Shown here one piece after another: positions 1-12,960 of a stretch of DNA of 64,000 nucleotides. Each line of letters starts with the position of its first letter. The first letter of the stretch is position 1. The notes beneath the pieces are model-generated. The model was given only the letters and a program-made list of their open reading frames with translations, did no database searches and was not told the origin of the DNA. The DNA is taken from contig NC_068992.1 of assembly GCF_001194135.2 (NCBI RefSeq), positions 18,960,354 through 19,024,353 on the forward strand, in the 5' to 3' direction. This DNA is from Octopus bimaculoides. Lineage: Eukaryota. A program made the translations under genes and the position numbers.

Positions 1-40
1 TACTTTGGGTTACCTTGGCTTAAATTCCTCATATCTTATA

Positions 41-203
<163 letters not shown>

Positions 204-207
204 TAAG

Positions 208-600
208 TCGTTTCTGGTTCAGTTCCACTGCATGGAGCCTTCTGTAGTTCTGTAGGTGTCTTCTACTATATCTCAGATTCGACCAATATGTTGTGGAGGG
301 AATCTCGTAGACGAAAATTGACTGGAAGTCCATCACGTTTGTTTTTTCGTATATATGTATATGTGCATATATATGTGTTTGTGTGTATTTTGGGGGAATG
401 GGTGAGGTGAGAGAGAGTGTGTGTATATATATCTATGTGTACTTTTGTGTGTGTTTGCTACCATCACCTGCCAACTGGTGTTGATTTCATTTGAAGTGGT
501 TCTTCAAAAGTGACCGATAAAGGAAGTGCCAGACTTAGAAATGAGTACAAGGGGTAAGACCCTTCAAGGCAGTGGCCCTGCATGGCCATAATCAAAAGAG
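208..600 (+). mobile_element. Degenerate SINE family A
   Basis: GGTTCAGTTCCACTGCATGG..GTGTCTTCTACTAT..GTAGACGAAAATTGA and the 3' part GACCGATAAGG..GCATGGCCAT align with family A. Confidence 0.7.
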
Positions 601-1859
601 CGAAACACCTAAAAGGTAAAAGATAAACAAAATAGATACCAAGATCGTGTATTTCGCTTTACCTGTACATTCATCCATGCCTACGTAAAAGCGTACAATC
701 TCGTGTGTGTAGTATACGCATGTACAAACATTAACACAGATATTTTGTGTTGCGCGTTTGTGAGTGTATATGCATGTATGTATGTATGTATGCATGTATG
801 TATGTATGTATGTATGCGTGTATGTATATATGTTTGTATCTATATATTAACATGTTTGTGCTTTGCATATGTGTGTCCGTGTATATATACATGTCTGCAC
901 ATGCACACAGAAGCAAGACTTCATTTTCATGTAAGGAGACATGAAGAAGTAAAGTTTTATGCTTGCAATTATATTGATTATTTACAATGCGCCATTATAT
1001 AATCCCTCTATGTATGCGCCTATGTGATTACTAGCAGCGGTGACCAACAATATTCACGTTTTATTGACTTCAAGACACATTATTTTCATTTCCAATATAC
1101 GTTCTGAGAAATATGCTATATATAAGTGATGAGCACCTACTTTTGTGATTATAAAGGCTAAAGCAACGTGATAATAAAATTACTTTTCAGGCTAAGCCTT
1201 AAGCGCAATACCTATTTATGATATACTATAGCATAAGGAGTCACAAATCCTGATGTAAACGAAATGGCCGTATCCTCATAAAACAAACACCGAAAAGAGG
1301 TGGGTCTGCAATTGGCTGATAACATAGTATTTTTCTCAATTGAAGGACTGAGGAAGCGCTAGATGATATGAATTGGCAGGGAAAACGTTGTGCGGTGAGG
1401 GGGGGGGGTCGGATAAGAATAAACGACTAGAAAATTGAATATAGTAAATTAAATAATGGTAGTGATGTGCAACTAATGGTGGATGGTTCCGCTTTGACAA
1501 AGATTTCTTTATTCAACACCTAAAGCTGTTACATTGGTTAAGCAGATATGGACATTAAGGTTCAGCGAAGTAAAACTATTTTTCTCCTTGCTCATTTAAG
1601 ACAAATATGGCGATATCCCATCACAATTTCATAGATGATCGCAAAGTATAATATGCTAAGCCTTTCTCTATTATTTCTTGTCTAAACATCAAACGTTGAA
1701 CTTACATACTTCCAGCCAAATAGTACAAGCGCTTTGCATTGCGGTTGTTTTCCATATATATTTGACAAGGACACCACATATGCGTATTACATACACGCAG
1801 ACATACAGATATGCTCACAAAGTTAAAGTATATACGTATACATACATACATACACATAT

Positions 1860-1911
<52 letters not shown>

Positions 1912-3534
1912 NNNNNNNNNNNNNNNNNNNNNNNNNNNNNNNNNNNNNNNNNNNNNNNNNNNNNNNNNNNNNNNNNNNNNNNNNNNNNNNNNNNNNNNNN
2001 NNNNNNNNNNNNNNNNNNNNNNNNNNNNNNNNNNNNNNNNNNNNNNNNNNNNNNNNNNNNNNNNNNNNNNNNNNNNNNNNNNNNNNNNNNNNNNNNNNNN
2101 NNNNNNNNNNNNNNNNNNNNNNNNNNNNNNNNNNNNNNNNNNNNNNNNNNNNNNNNNNNNNNNNNNNNNNNNNNNNNNNNNNNNNNNNNNNNNNNNNNNN
2201 NNNNNNNNNNNNNNNNNNNNNNNNNNNNNNNNNNNNNNNNNNNNNNNNNNNNNNNNNNNNNNNNNNNNNNNNNNNNNNNNNNNNNNNNNNNNNNNNNNNN
2301 NNNNNNNNNNNNNNNNNNNNNNNNNNNNNNNNNNNNNNNNNNNNNNNNNNNNNNNNNNNNNNNNNNNNNNNNNNNNNNNNNNNNNNNNNNNNNNNNNNNN
2401 NNNNNNNNNNNNNNNNNNNNNNNNNNNNNNNNNNNNNNNNNNNNNNNNNNATATATATATATATATATATATACATATATACACACATTCGTACGCATAC
2501 GCATATACAGATGTATATATACATGTATGTATATATTCATGTATGTATATACACATGTATGTATAAGACTTTTATGTGTGGGTGTGAGTTATTCGTAACA
2601 CATTCCGGTTTATATAACGGCTATCATGAAATCACAAATTCCTTTACAAATAGTAAACATTGAGTTATTTAACGAACCTGAATGTTAAGTGAACCTAAAC
2701 GCTAAATAGAGAACAGGATAAAATGATTTCGGAAAAATTATTCGAAACAAACCCGTGAGGATGTATTTGATTTGCATAGGGAAGCGCTATGCTTCTTCAT
2801 AAAGAACACACTATTTTCTGGTGCTTTCAGAAAAGGGTTTGACCGTAAAATTACTCACACCCAATACAGCGTACACTTGCGCGCTTGCGCAATACATATA
2901 TAAAATTTGCAAGTATACATGTGTTTGGACGCAGGCATTGTATCTAATTTATTTCCGAGTATGAGTGTAAACTTATCAACATACCTATTGTGCATTGACA
3001 TAGGAGCGTAAGTATATGTTCGCATAACGACCGGGATAAAATCATATATTTAAATACATGCTGGTTAAAACATGGAGCAATCATCATAAATATATGAATA
3101 TATATAGATTTATTACAACATACGTCAGCAAAATAATTTCCATTTAAAAATATCTATCTCACAGTTCTTTTGCGTATAGTAATTCCCAGAACTATCCAAA
3201 TAATATATTTATAAAAGATGCAGCGAAATCCTCATAGATCATTTCTTTTATGACAAAAAATCTCTCACACAGAACATACAAGTCCCACCAGCATTAGCGG
3301 ACAAAGAAAAGGTAAAATAGAAATAGAAACTAGTCACCCCCTACCCCCAAACCAAATAATACCAATAACTTCTCATAGCAATGAAAACTCTCCCAGCCCC
3401 AAACTACAAAACATTCAAGAAAAATCCACTAACTATATATGTACAGCCTCCATTTATCCGTCCGTTACAATCTAAGGATTCCATTTCGCACCTTAAACTG
3501 CTAGGCTCCTTGAAGCATTTTCCACTGAAATACA

Positions 3535-3546
3535 CACTCACACACA

Positions 3547-3620
<74 letters not shown>
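3535..3620. repeat. (CA)n microsatellite
   Basis: Directly visible. Confidence 0.98.
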
Positions 3621-3624
<4 letters not shown>

Positions 3625-4074
3625 TATGTGTCTGTGTATATTTATATTCAAATCATATCTTTGGTAAGTTACTTGGGATTCTCGATCGACGTTGTGGCCT
3701 TCATATAATTAAGGTACCTTCTACCCGATACGTAGTTAGCTGAGTAAGCCTCGTTGTCTGATTATTACATTAGAGGATCTGCTAAGTAGGAAACATATGT
3801 TGGCTTGACTTTACCTGTTCCACTCTCTCAATTTAGATTTTTCTTCGCATTCATATCAACTCTAGTTGCTAAACCTGAGCTATACATCAATTTTTTTTAG
3901 CTTATCGCACTTCGATATCGGAAGGCTATAACCTTTGACACAAATAAATTATCACTACCCGGGGCAAATCCAGAACTAACTCAAGTTGTTCAAAGCGTTG
4001 TTATTGCCCTCGACAATGAAAGAAGGATTTTAGAGGATGCGCAGGCACATCTTTCCCCTGTTCCCGATCCTACG

Positions 4075-4500
4075 GTTCTAAAACCGCCACAGTTACTAAA
4101 CATTCAACGTACATCACTCTGTAGACATGAGAAGGGGCAGCACAAGGCAATCTGTCATATCTCCTGTTAGACTTTTGGTCTTTGTCGAAATACATATGGC
4201 TTGAATCGAATACCCTCATGCACCGAAATTCTGACAGTCCTCTCCTATACACGTAGTTCTTTCGTGACAGCCATCATTGGTTTTCCAAAATGGTCGTGGA
4301 ATATGTTTTGAACCTGATTGCAGGCTTTTTAGAACCCGAACGATTAGGGAGTTTTTCTCTTTAGAGTTCAAACATTCTTATTTCAATTCCACCTTAACTT
4401 TGTGCACAAAGATCTTAAGACGTTTAGAAAGTTTGTGATTTCTAAATCACTGTGTTCCGTAGCAATGGCACCAATGACTATATGCCTATACACTTTTTTT
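4075..4500 (-). mobile_element. N-terminal fragment of a maT-type Tc1/mariner transposase
   Basis: Minus frames give RHIVIGAIATEHSDLEITNFLNV, NQVQNIFHDHFGKPMMAVTKELRV*ERTVRISVHEGIRFKPYV and YFDKDQKSNRRYDRLPCAAPSHVYRVMY..TVAVL (ORF 4070..4252). These match the HTH and first-D regions of this family as I recall it. Confidence 0.75.
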
Positions 4501-4789
4501 TTTGCTGACATTTTCTTTGATTTGGGGTATCTGAAAAAAATAATAATGTCTTAATAGTTTTCAATAGAGTAGTAAACTGATAATGGAGTGCACTCAAATT
4601 TCTCATGCACCTTCTCTCAGTTTTCTCTATGTTTGTATGTGCGAACGTGTGTGTTTGTGTGTGTCTGTATGTGCATATGAGTGTGTGTGCATTTACATAT
4701 GCCTTCATACAACACGTATATATACATATGGATGCAATTAATTTTTACCGAAGTCATATGAATCTATTGCCGCACACATTTACATCCAC

Positions 4790-4824
<35 letters not shown>

Positions 4825-6379
4825 CAAACACACACACATATATATAACTGGGAAGAAGGAAGGAAAGAAAAACTTTATTGCAGATGAAAATTGGAATATA
4901 GATATTTCATAATAACTTCATGTCACGCTCGCGTTTACGTCACAGAACTTCAACGAAATGGCAGACATATTATCATCTAGTCGAATATTAATCCATAACA
5001 TCGGTCATTGCTGATGAATTCAGATATTTACGAGCGCGTACGTTTGCTAGAGACATTTATAATTTGACATTTGTTAGTGCAAATAATAGTTAATCTACTT
5101 CTCTATGTAATTTACTAGGAATTAAAAGAAATTAATTAGTTTATATTAGTTTAGGAGATGCTTTATTGTAATTGTAATGTTATCCTCGGTTGATAATCTA
5201 CTTTGTCTTTAATATTGACCACAAATATTATCGATTTTATTTGATTAAGTAGATGGCCAAGATTTCTAGGGTAAAATGACTGTCGCCGAAGCCGTGCGAA
5301 CAAAATTATTTGTAGTACTTTTATGAGCCTTATATAGTGAAATGCACATTCACCATTGAAATAATACTATTTGAGAGTCTACAAGAGTGAAACTACCAAT
5401 TCTAGTATGCTTCTTTAATATAATTTCAAACGATCTAAACTGGATGGTAGAGAGGTATTATCTCAATCCTGAGAATTTAGATACAAAACCTCGTGTGGCA
5501 CGATTGTCATACAAATACATTTAGATCTATGTTTGATTGCAAAATATGCAGTTCCTTCCGGCTTAAAAAATAAAATTTAATTCAATTTAGGTCCCATTAT
5601 TCGGTTACATAGCTGAAACACTATAGTTCAAGCTTTCAGTTTAGATCTCTGGATTCATGTTAACTACACTCCTTTCTCTCAACAATTTCAACAGCACTGA
5701 AAAATATTACGAGCCCTGCACTTTTTCTTCTATTTTCTCTGTACAACGATTAACTATTCACTCTAAAACCAATAAATATCTACTCTAAAGAGTCTTATCC
5801 TGCTTTGTGACACAGTTCATTGAGCTCCTTCATTTACAAAGTGGCAATTGATATTAAATAATAAATTCCCACTTTCTATTTTATTATTTACTTGAAATAA
5901 TTACAACTGTTTTTTTTTCTTTTTTCTGACCACTGTCACGTTCTGCACTCAAACCTCTTTCGTGTTTCATGAAGTAAATCAGAGTTTGCCCATTTTCCTT
6001 CTAGCTAGCATGTATATGTGTGTATGTGTGTGTTTGTGCGTGTGTACGTGTGTGCGCGCGCCGCTCTCTCTCTCTCTCTCTCTCCCTATATATACATACA
6101 TATATATATATATATANNNNNNNNNNNNNNNNNNNNNNNNNNNNNNNNNNNNNNNNNNNNNNNNNNNNNNNNNNNNNNNNNNNNNNNNNNNNNNNNNNNN
6201 NNNNNNNNATATATATATGTATATATATATACATGCATGTATGTATGTATGTACCATTGTATAAAGGTGAATATGCATCGCAGGAACGTTCTGCATAATG
6301 TCTCTCCACGTGCATCTAATTTGCAAGAACAGCAGCGCTCGCATTCTCTATTCTAGTAAGCTTAAAGAATGCGTCCAAG

Positions 6380-6990
6380 TGTAAAGCCCTAAAATTGGAC
6401 ATTTAAAGTTAACAAGTCTTTCTCTGAAGTTCTTTTCTTTCACCTTCAGAGTTGTACTTCATACAATTGTGCTTCTTTTTCAATAAAGTTATACTTCGTG
6501 GTCTCTCTAGCTGATTACGTAATGCTACATCTTCCAACTTCAGAAACCTCAACCACCAACTTCACCAACTTCTCAGAGTCACTTCTTTCTAATGACGATT
6601 AGTATGACTTCTTTGAAGACATATTTACTAGTGAACAGCTCGCCCCTTAATGCTTCTCAATTAAATTATGGCAAAATGATAATTTCGCGTAAAGAATGAC
6701 CTTCCACCTCATCAAATATTTGTCAGTATCTGGCTCGAAAAATGCCTTGCTAATCTGCCCATCAATGAACTATATGGAACACTCGTCCCTTCGATTGCAA
6801 ACATTTTTCACCTAGCTGACTGCATGTACTTCCACGCAGGCATATCTTAAGCACACATCTCAACACTAGCCGTCAATCATATTGTGTATATGCACTTTAC
6901 AGCCTAAACTTATCCCTCTCTCCAGTCGTTCCGCGAACTTTTTTCTGAAGCTTCTCAAAACCTGCACTGACTGCGTCTGGGGGCAACGAA
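6380..6990 (-). mobile_element. Possible very old RTE-like LINE RT C-terminal remnant
   Basis: Scattered frame pieces SAGFEKLQKKV, ERGISLGCKVHIHN and LRYACVE resemble RTE 'AFGRLRK..RRGISL.TK..Y..LLYACE'. GC is elevated. The match is weak. Confidence 0.3.
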
Positions 6991-9084
6991 GATGAAGTTC
7001 TGTTCACAAACCGATAATTAAAAGAAATTAGACATTGAAACCCTCACTCAAGAGAAACTGCGTATACTTTATTTAGTCTTCCATCTACGAATGATGAAAT
7101 ATTATACTTCCAGATTACTTTGTGTATAATATGAGTTTAAAAACACATCCTTGTATATTTATAGAATTCTTGGAAAAAATAAATTGTTAATTCCAAAATC
7201 GTCTTACCAATCCTATTCATTAAATGAATAACTAAATATGTATGTAGTCATGGAATTCAATATTTGTATATATGCACATATGTATGTTGGAGTTTGCACG
7301 CATTGATGTGTGTGCATGCGTATTCGTTCGTACACAAGTGTATGCATATATGTGGGTATCTGTAATCTTTTGCACGCAATTTTTTTACTGCAGAATATTT
7401 AGAGTTTGCTAAACGACAAAATTATAATAAATCAATAAATACATACAGATATTTCGTAGAAAATAAATGAATAAATAAATGTGAAGTATATTTAAATGTA
7501 ATTTAATTTGATTTATTCCACGCTGCATGTCTTTCTCAAGCCTCCCGGTACGAGGAAGCAATAAAATCTGCGACTGCTTTCAGGTGTAAAAACCGCCTAA
7601 TATTTTATTACCATGTAATTTTTATTTCTAAACAAGAATCCGGTTTCTGCAGGGCTAAATGCAGAAAAGCTTCCAATAAGATAAAATACTGATGCTTCTA
7701 CAATATTTTAATTGATTGAAGTTTATCTCCCACTTGGATTTTTAAATTTCTCTGACTAAATTAAGTTTATAAAAGAGCCAGCAGGAGAACCGATAATAAT
7801 AGTCCAAGAAACGCATGCTATATAAGCCGTACTTTAAATGAACAGCCTTATCTGTTGCTGACACTCCACTTGACTGGAATGAGAAGGAAGAGTGTACTAA
7901 ATTAATAATATCTCTGTGTTGCATCGTGTTAAAGTATTGGATACTTGTTAATCATAAATAGACGTTCTTGTTACAGATGATTTTGGAATATTAAAGTTTG
8001 TTTAATAATGGCGAAAATAAAGCAATTAAGTTTATTTTTACTACGTTGTGCCTTCAAATAATTTAGTTAGGTGAAAGACCCATTTTGAGTTTATAATTAC
8101 AGACAGTTACCACTTATATTTAATAAGCTACCAGTCTATGTTGGAGTATAGTGCGAATTGGTTAAACAATTTTCGAATTAATTTCTCTATGTTACGAGAT
8201 AAAGGAATTTAACGAAATCAGCACGATCCCATCTTGTTGCAGTTGTTATTAAGTATCCTGTATTTACTATTTCACAATTCATTTATTGAACATCGCTGCA
8301 TCATTGTACCGACAAGATTATTGAGTGTTGTTATAAGCCGCAGATCCAATTGTGTTTCCTTGTTATAGCTTTCGAATGATGTCACCCCACTGTCTCATAG
8401 CGCAGGCCAACGTTCTCCCTGAATTACATGCTTGTCTACTGCAAGGTTATCCATTTAGAAGTATGAGGACTGGAGCAAAGTGAAATATGATGTTTTACTT
8501 CACAACACATCGGTGATCTGTAAACTAAAACTACGATTTAGCGAACGTGAAGAGTGCTACACCCTAACCACATTTGTCGACAATTTGTGTGGACAATAAT
8601 GCACTCTAATTTTTATTTTAGTATGGATATAAATAATGACTCTATTGAAGTAAAACTGTGCATTATAAATAGCAGAACTTATGTATATTTTTGCTGTGAG
8701 TATTGAAACGATGAAACGAAGTTGATGTTTAAATTACAGCCATAAATGAATAAGCAAAGAAACCTTAGTAAGTCCTTCTTATGCAGCGTAATCTAAATTT
8801 TTATTCCTTTGGTCATAAGTGGATTTCTTCCTCATTTGTTATAAAATATAAAAAGAAATTCTTTGATTACATATGGTACATCTCTAAGAGAGACCTGACG
8901 TTATGACCATTAATGTATGAATACGTTAAATTATTTGAAAAATTTATAAGGGTTCACAAACATTTTCCAATAACAAAATTTTAAATATCTCATAACTGTC
9001 AAAGAGTCTATATAAAAGTATGATTTATTTGGCTTAGCTTTCTCTAAGCTGTTTAGTATAGTTGCGAATCCCTGTGTAGTAGTT

Positions 9085-9260
9085 GCTCAGGTGGAGTTAG
9101 AAACACGTCTCAATAGCGACTTGTGATTAATTTTAAGTGCGATTCGCCGAAATCGACTGTCATCCTTTCGGAGTCGATCAAATAAGTAGTAATTGAGAAC
9201 CGTGGTTGGTATAATCGATTTACCCCCTCCCACAAAATGTGCTTAGAGTAGAAAAGAATT
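9085..9260 (+). mobile_element. Degenerate SINE family B
   Basis: GTCATCCTTTCGGAGTCGATCAAATAAGTAG..AATCGATTTACCCCCTCCC..AGAGTAGAAAAGAATT. Confidence 0.65.
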
Positions 9261-9678
9261 TTAAATGCCATCATCTTCCAATGACTTATTTCAAATCCCA
9301 GTGCCACAGCTGTGTTTGGAGACATCTACTGAAATGAAAATCATTAGTTCACTACATGTCCTTATAAGCACCGCCGTTGTCTTCTGTTATATTTTGTTAT
9401 TCTGTTGGCTGAAAGACCTCTGCTATTACCGAGTGATTATTCGTCGAGAATCCAAGAACTCTTTAGATGTACTTCAGCTTTAAACTAAATGATTCTTAAT
9501 TACAGCTTAACCGGTAAGACAAGAATAGAGGTACACTGAGCATTTTCCAGAAAACAAACAAGTTACGCTGTAAGGCTTCTTGATATAAAATGAAGACATG
9601 GAAAAAAAAACGGAAAAATTACGTTATATTATAAAAGAAATAAATCATGAATGTAATACACACACACATACACACACA

Positions 9679-9726
<48 letters not shown>

Positions 9727-9830
9727 AATAAACACATGATAATATATATGTATATATATTCATATATATAGACATATAACCCCATATATATAATCATAGA
9801 ATCATAAGCATATATATGTGTGTATGTATA

Positions 9831-9887
<57 letters not shown>

Positions 9888-9897
9888 NNNNNNNNNN

Positions 9898-9936
<39 letters not shown>

Positions 9937-10525
9937 TTTGAAAGAGAATGTCTATAAAGAGGAAAGTTAAACGCGATGGTAGCTGCGACTTAATGTAGTG
10001 TAGAGACATTAAAGATAGGGAAAATGAAGTACGGAGCGTAAAAAAGAGCAGCAGGCAGGCTAGTGATATTTTTGTAATAAAAAAGAAAAAAGGAATCCAT
10101 CTACTTAAGTCAGTTTATTCAAACTGTATAAACAGTGAATTTCCGAAATATAAAGGGGAAAGAAAGCTATCTTAGCAAGTGAAATATTGAAAATACTTCG
10201 ATTCATCTATAATCACCACAAGGAGAAATCCTTATTATTACGTAGAAGTTGAGCTCAGAGGAGAATGATAACAGTATTGAGTTAAAAGTCATTAGCAAGC
10301 GCTAATACGCAAATAGGTAAATGTTCACTTCTTGCTAAAAAAAATCGGTGTATATATTGCTTCCGGAAATGAAACTCATAGTATGTATACGTCAAGTTAC
10401 TCGCTGTCAGGAAAAAACATAACAACCGTATAATACTCTATGGTTCTTCTTTCAGTTCTAAATATATTCTTGACACAAACCATGCAATACCAAATCACAC
10501 ACACACACAGAGACACAGACAGACA

Positions 10526-10607
<82 letters not shown>

Positions 10608-10610
<3 letters not shown>

Positions 10611-11283
10611 TGTCGTTTAAATTACGCAAAAAAAAGGAAAATAACACCGACATCTCATTTTAACGGATATATTTACCAAAGGTACATAAAAAATATCTTG
10701 AAATAATGAAGAGTAAATATATTCTATAAAATCGACAATGGCTACGACCACGGCCTCCAGACGACTTTGGAATCTCCATCAGCTCTTCTGGGCGGTCTCT
10801 TTGATTAAGTTGGTGAATGCTGCCAAAATCCTTGCCTTCAGTACATCTTTGGTGTTAAAACCACGCACCACACATTATAATCAAGGGGATCGCTGTCTAG
10901 TAGTCACGTGGCAAGATGCTACGGGTGATGTGGTCGCAGAAACTATCTGACAACCATGACTGTGTTCACTTGTTCGTGTAGCATGGTGCAAATTCATGTT
11001 GCCAGACATAGGGACTTCTAGTAGCCACTCTTTTAACTCAGGGCAGCACTACCACCTGCAGGCACTCGATATAGGGCTCTATGTTGAGTCTGAGGCCATG
11101 TGGGAGGATGAATGTGAGCATAACGTCGCCAACATGCCATGTCGATTCCAAATTTCTGGGAAACTGAATTGCATGATGGTGGTGATTTTATCACAGACGG
11201 TGCCCAACAAAATCAAAAACAAATAATGCGCATACACGAAATTAAAAATAGAATATGGCGACAATTTTACACATCCAACCTCA
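10608..11283 (-). mobile_element. Internally deleted Tc1/mariner element of maT (DD37D-like) type
   Basis: The 5' end and N-terminus MQFSFPEIWNRHG are fused directly to the C-terminal half: GDVMLTFILPHGLRLNIEPYIECLQVVVLP*VKRVATRSPYVWQHEFAPCYT...SWLSDSFCDHIT...NTKDVLKARILAAFTNLIKET...FQSRLEAVV. The family assignment is by motif recall. Confidence 0.85.
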
Positions 11284-12789
11284 TATATATATATATATAT
11301 ANNNNNNNNNNNNNNNNNNNNNNNNNNNNNNNNNNNNNNNNNNNNNNNNNNNNNNNNNNNNNNNNNNNNNNNNNNNNNNNNNNNNNNNNNNNNNNNNNNN
11401 NNNNNNNNNNNNNNNNNNNNNNNNNNNNNNNNNNNNNNNNNNNNNNNNNNNNNNNNNNNNNNNNNNNNNNNNNNNNNNNNNNNNNNNNNNNNNNNNNNNN
11501 NNNNNNNNNNNNNNNNNNNNNNNNNNNNNNNNNNNNNNNNNNNNNNNNNNNNNNNNNNNNNNNNNNNNNNNNNNNNNNNNNNNNNNNNNNNNNNNNNNNN
11601 NNNNNNNNNNNNNNNNNNNNNNNNNNNNNNNNNNNNNNNNNNNNNNNNNNNNNNNNNNNNNNNNNNNNNNNNNNNNNNNNNNNNNNNNNNNNNNNNNNNN
11701 NNNNNNNNNNNNNNNNNNNNNNNNNNNNNNNNNNNNNNNNNNNNNNNNNNNNNNNNNNNNNNNNNNNNNNNNNNNNNNNNNNNNNNNNNNNNNNNNNNNN
11801 NNNNNNNNNNNNNNNNNNNNNNNNNNNNNNNNNNNNNNNNNNNNNNNNNNNNNNNNNNNNNNNNNNNNNNNNNNNNNNNNNNNNNNNNNNNNNNNNNNNN
11901 NNNNNNNNNNNNNNNNNNNNNNNNNNNNNNNNNNNNNNNNNNNNNNNNNNNNNNNNNNNNNNNNNNNNNNNNNNNNNNNNNNNNNNNNNNNNNNNNNNNN
12001 NNNNNNNNNNNNNNNNNNNNNNNNNNNNNNNNNNNNNNNNNNNNNNNNNNNNNNNNNNNNNNNNNTATATATATATATGGTGAGTGTGCGTGCGTGCGGG
12101 TGTGTGTCAGCGTGTGTGTCAGCGTGTGTGGGTGTGTATGTATAAAATATTTTATGCAACAGTTCCACGACATTTTAATTTAGCAGCATTGCCGCAATAA
12201 AACAGACATCCATTTAGTCTTCATTTGATGTCCATCTGAAATCCTGACAACTTAATTTTCAAAGGATATGTTCTCGTATATTTTCTCGGGAACAATAAAA
12301 GCTTACTAAATGTAATATAACTGAATGTAACAGGTTCCGCTTCCTCTATTTTCTTCTCAATCAAGCGCGGTGGTAAGCATAACAAGCTGTCAGTTTTAGC
12401 ACCATTCTCCAATATTTTCCTAAGTTTAGCGAACTACACCCCGTTCCAAGCATATGGTACATATCTGCAGGTTTATGGTAACTTTATCCTTTCTTCTCCT
12501 CAATCTGTATCACTGTAAAATGTCATGGTCTCTAACTAACGGCCCAATCATTTGATACCGTCATTAGAAACTCAGATAACTGAAATGTTTAAAACAAATT
12601 TAATAAATTCTGCTGCGATGTTACAGGTCATAGCACATACAATAATATATAATGTTACAAGCGAAACATGCGCAATACACGTCTGAAACAATTGTGGAAA
12701 TTTTCAAGCAGTCTCACATTACTTAGATGGGTGATCCGTGTTTCATATGAATACTCACGTGATGCAAGCCCCATAAAATGAACATTCTC

Positions 12790-12960
12790 TATCCATCCAT
12801 CCATCCATCCATCCATCCAAAACCCGCTCACCTACCTACCTACCTACCTACCTACCTACCTACCTACTTACCTACCTAGGTATGTACGTATGTATGTATG
12901 TATTTATGTATGTGTGCATGTATGTATGTATGTGTGTGTGCGTGTGTATGCGTGCATGCG
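12790..12960. repeat. Compound microsatellite (ATCC)n-(CTAC)n-(GTAT)n-(GT)n
   Basis: Directly visible. Confidence 0.95.

Noticed and set aside
663-680. 18-bp minus-strand micro-exon candidate (AG|GCATGGATGAATGTACAG|GT)
   Set aside because: Too short to distinguish from chance without transcript data.
4075-11283. maT N-terminal (4075-4500) and C-terminal (10700-11125) fragments look complementary, as if one element had been split
   Set aside because: Both are on the minus strand but in the wrong order for one element, and the 10608 copy has its own N-terminus. They are independent insertions.
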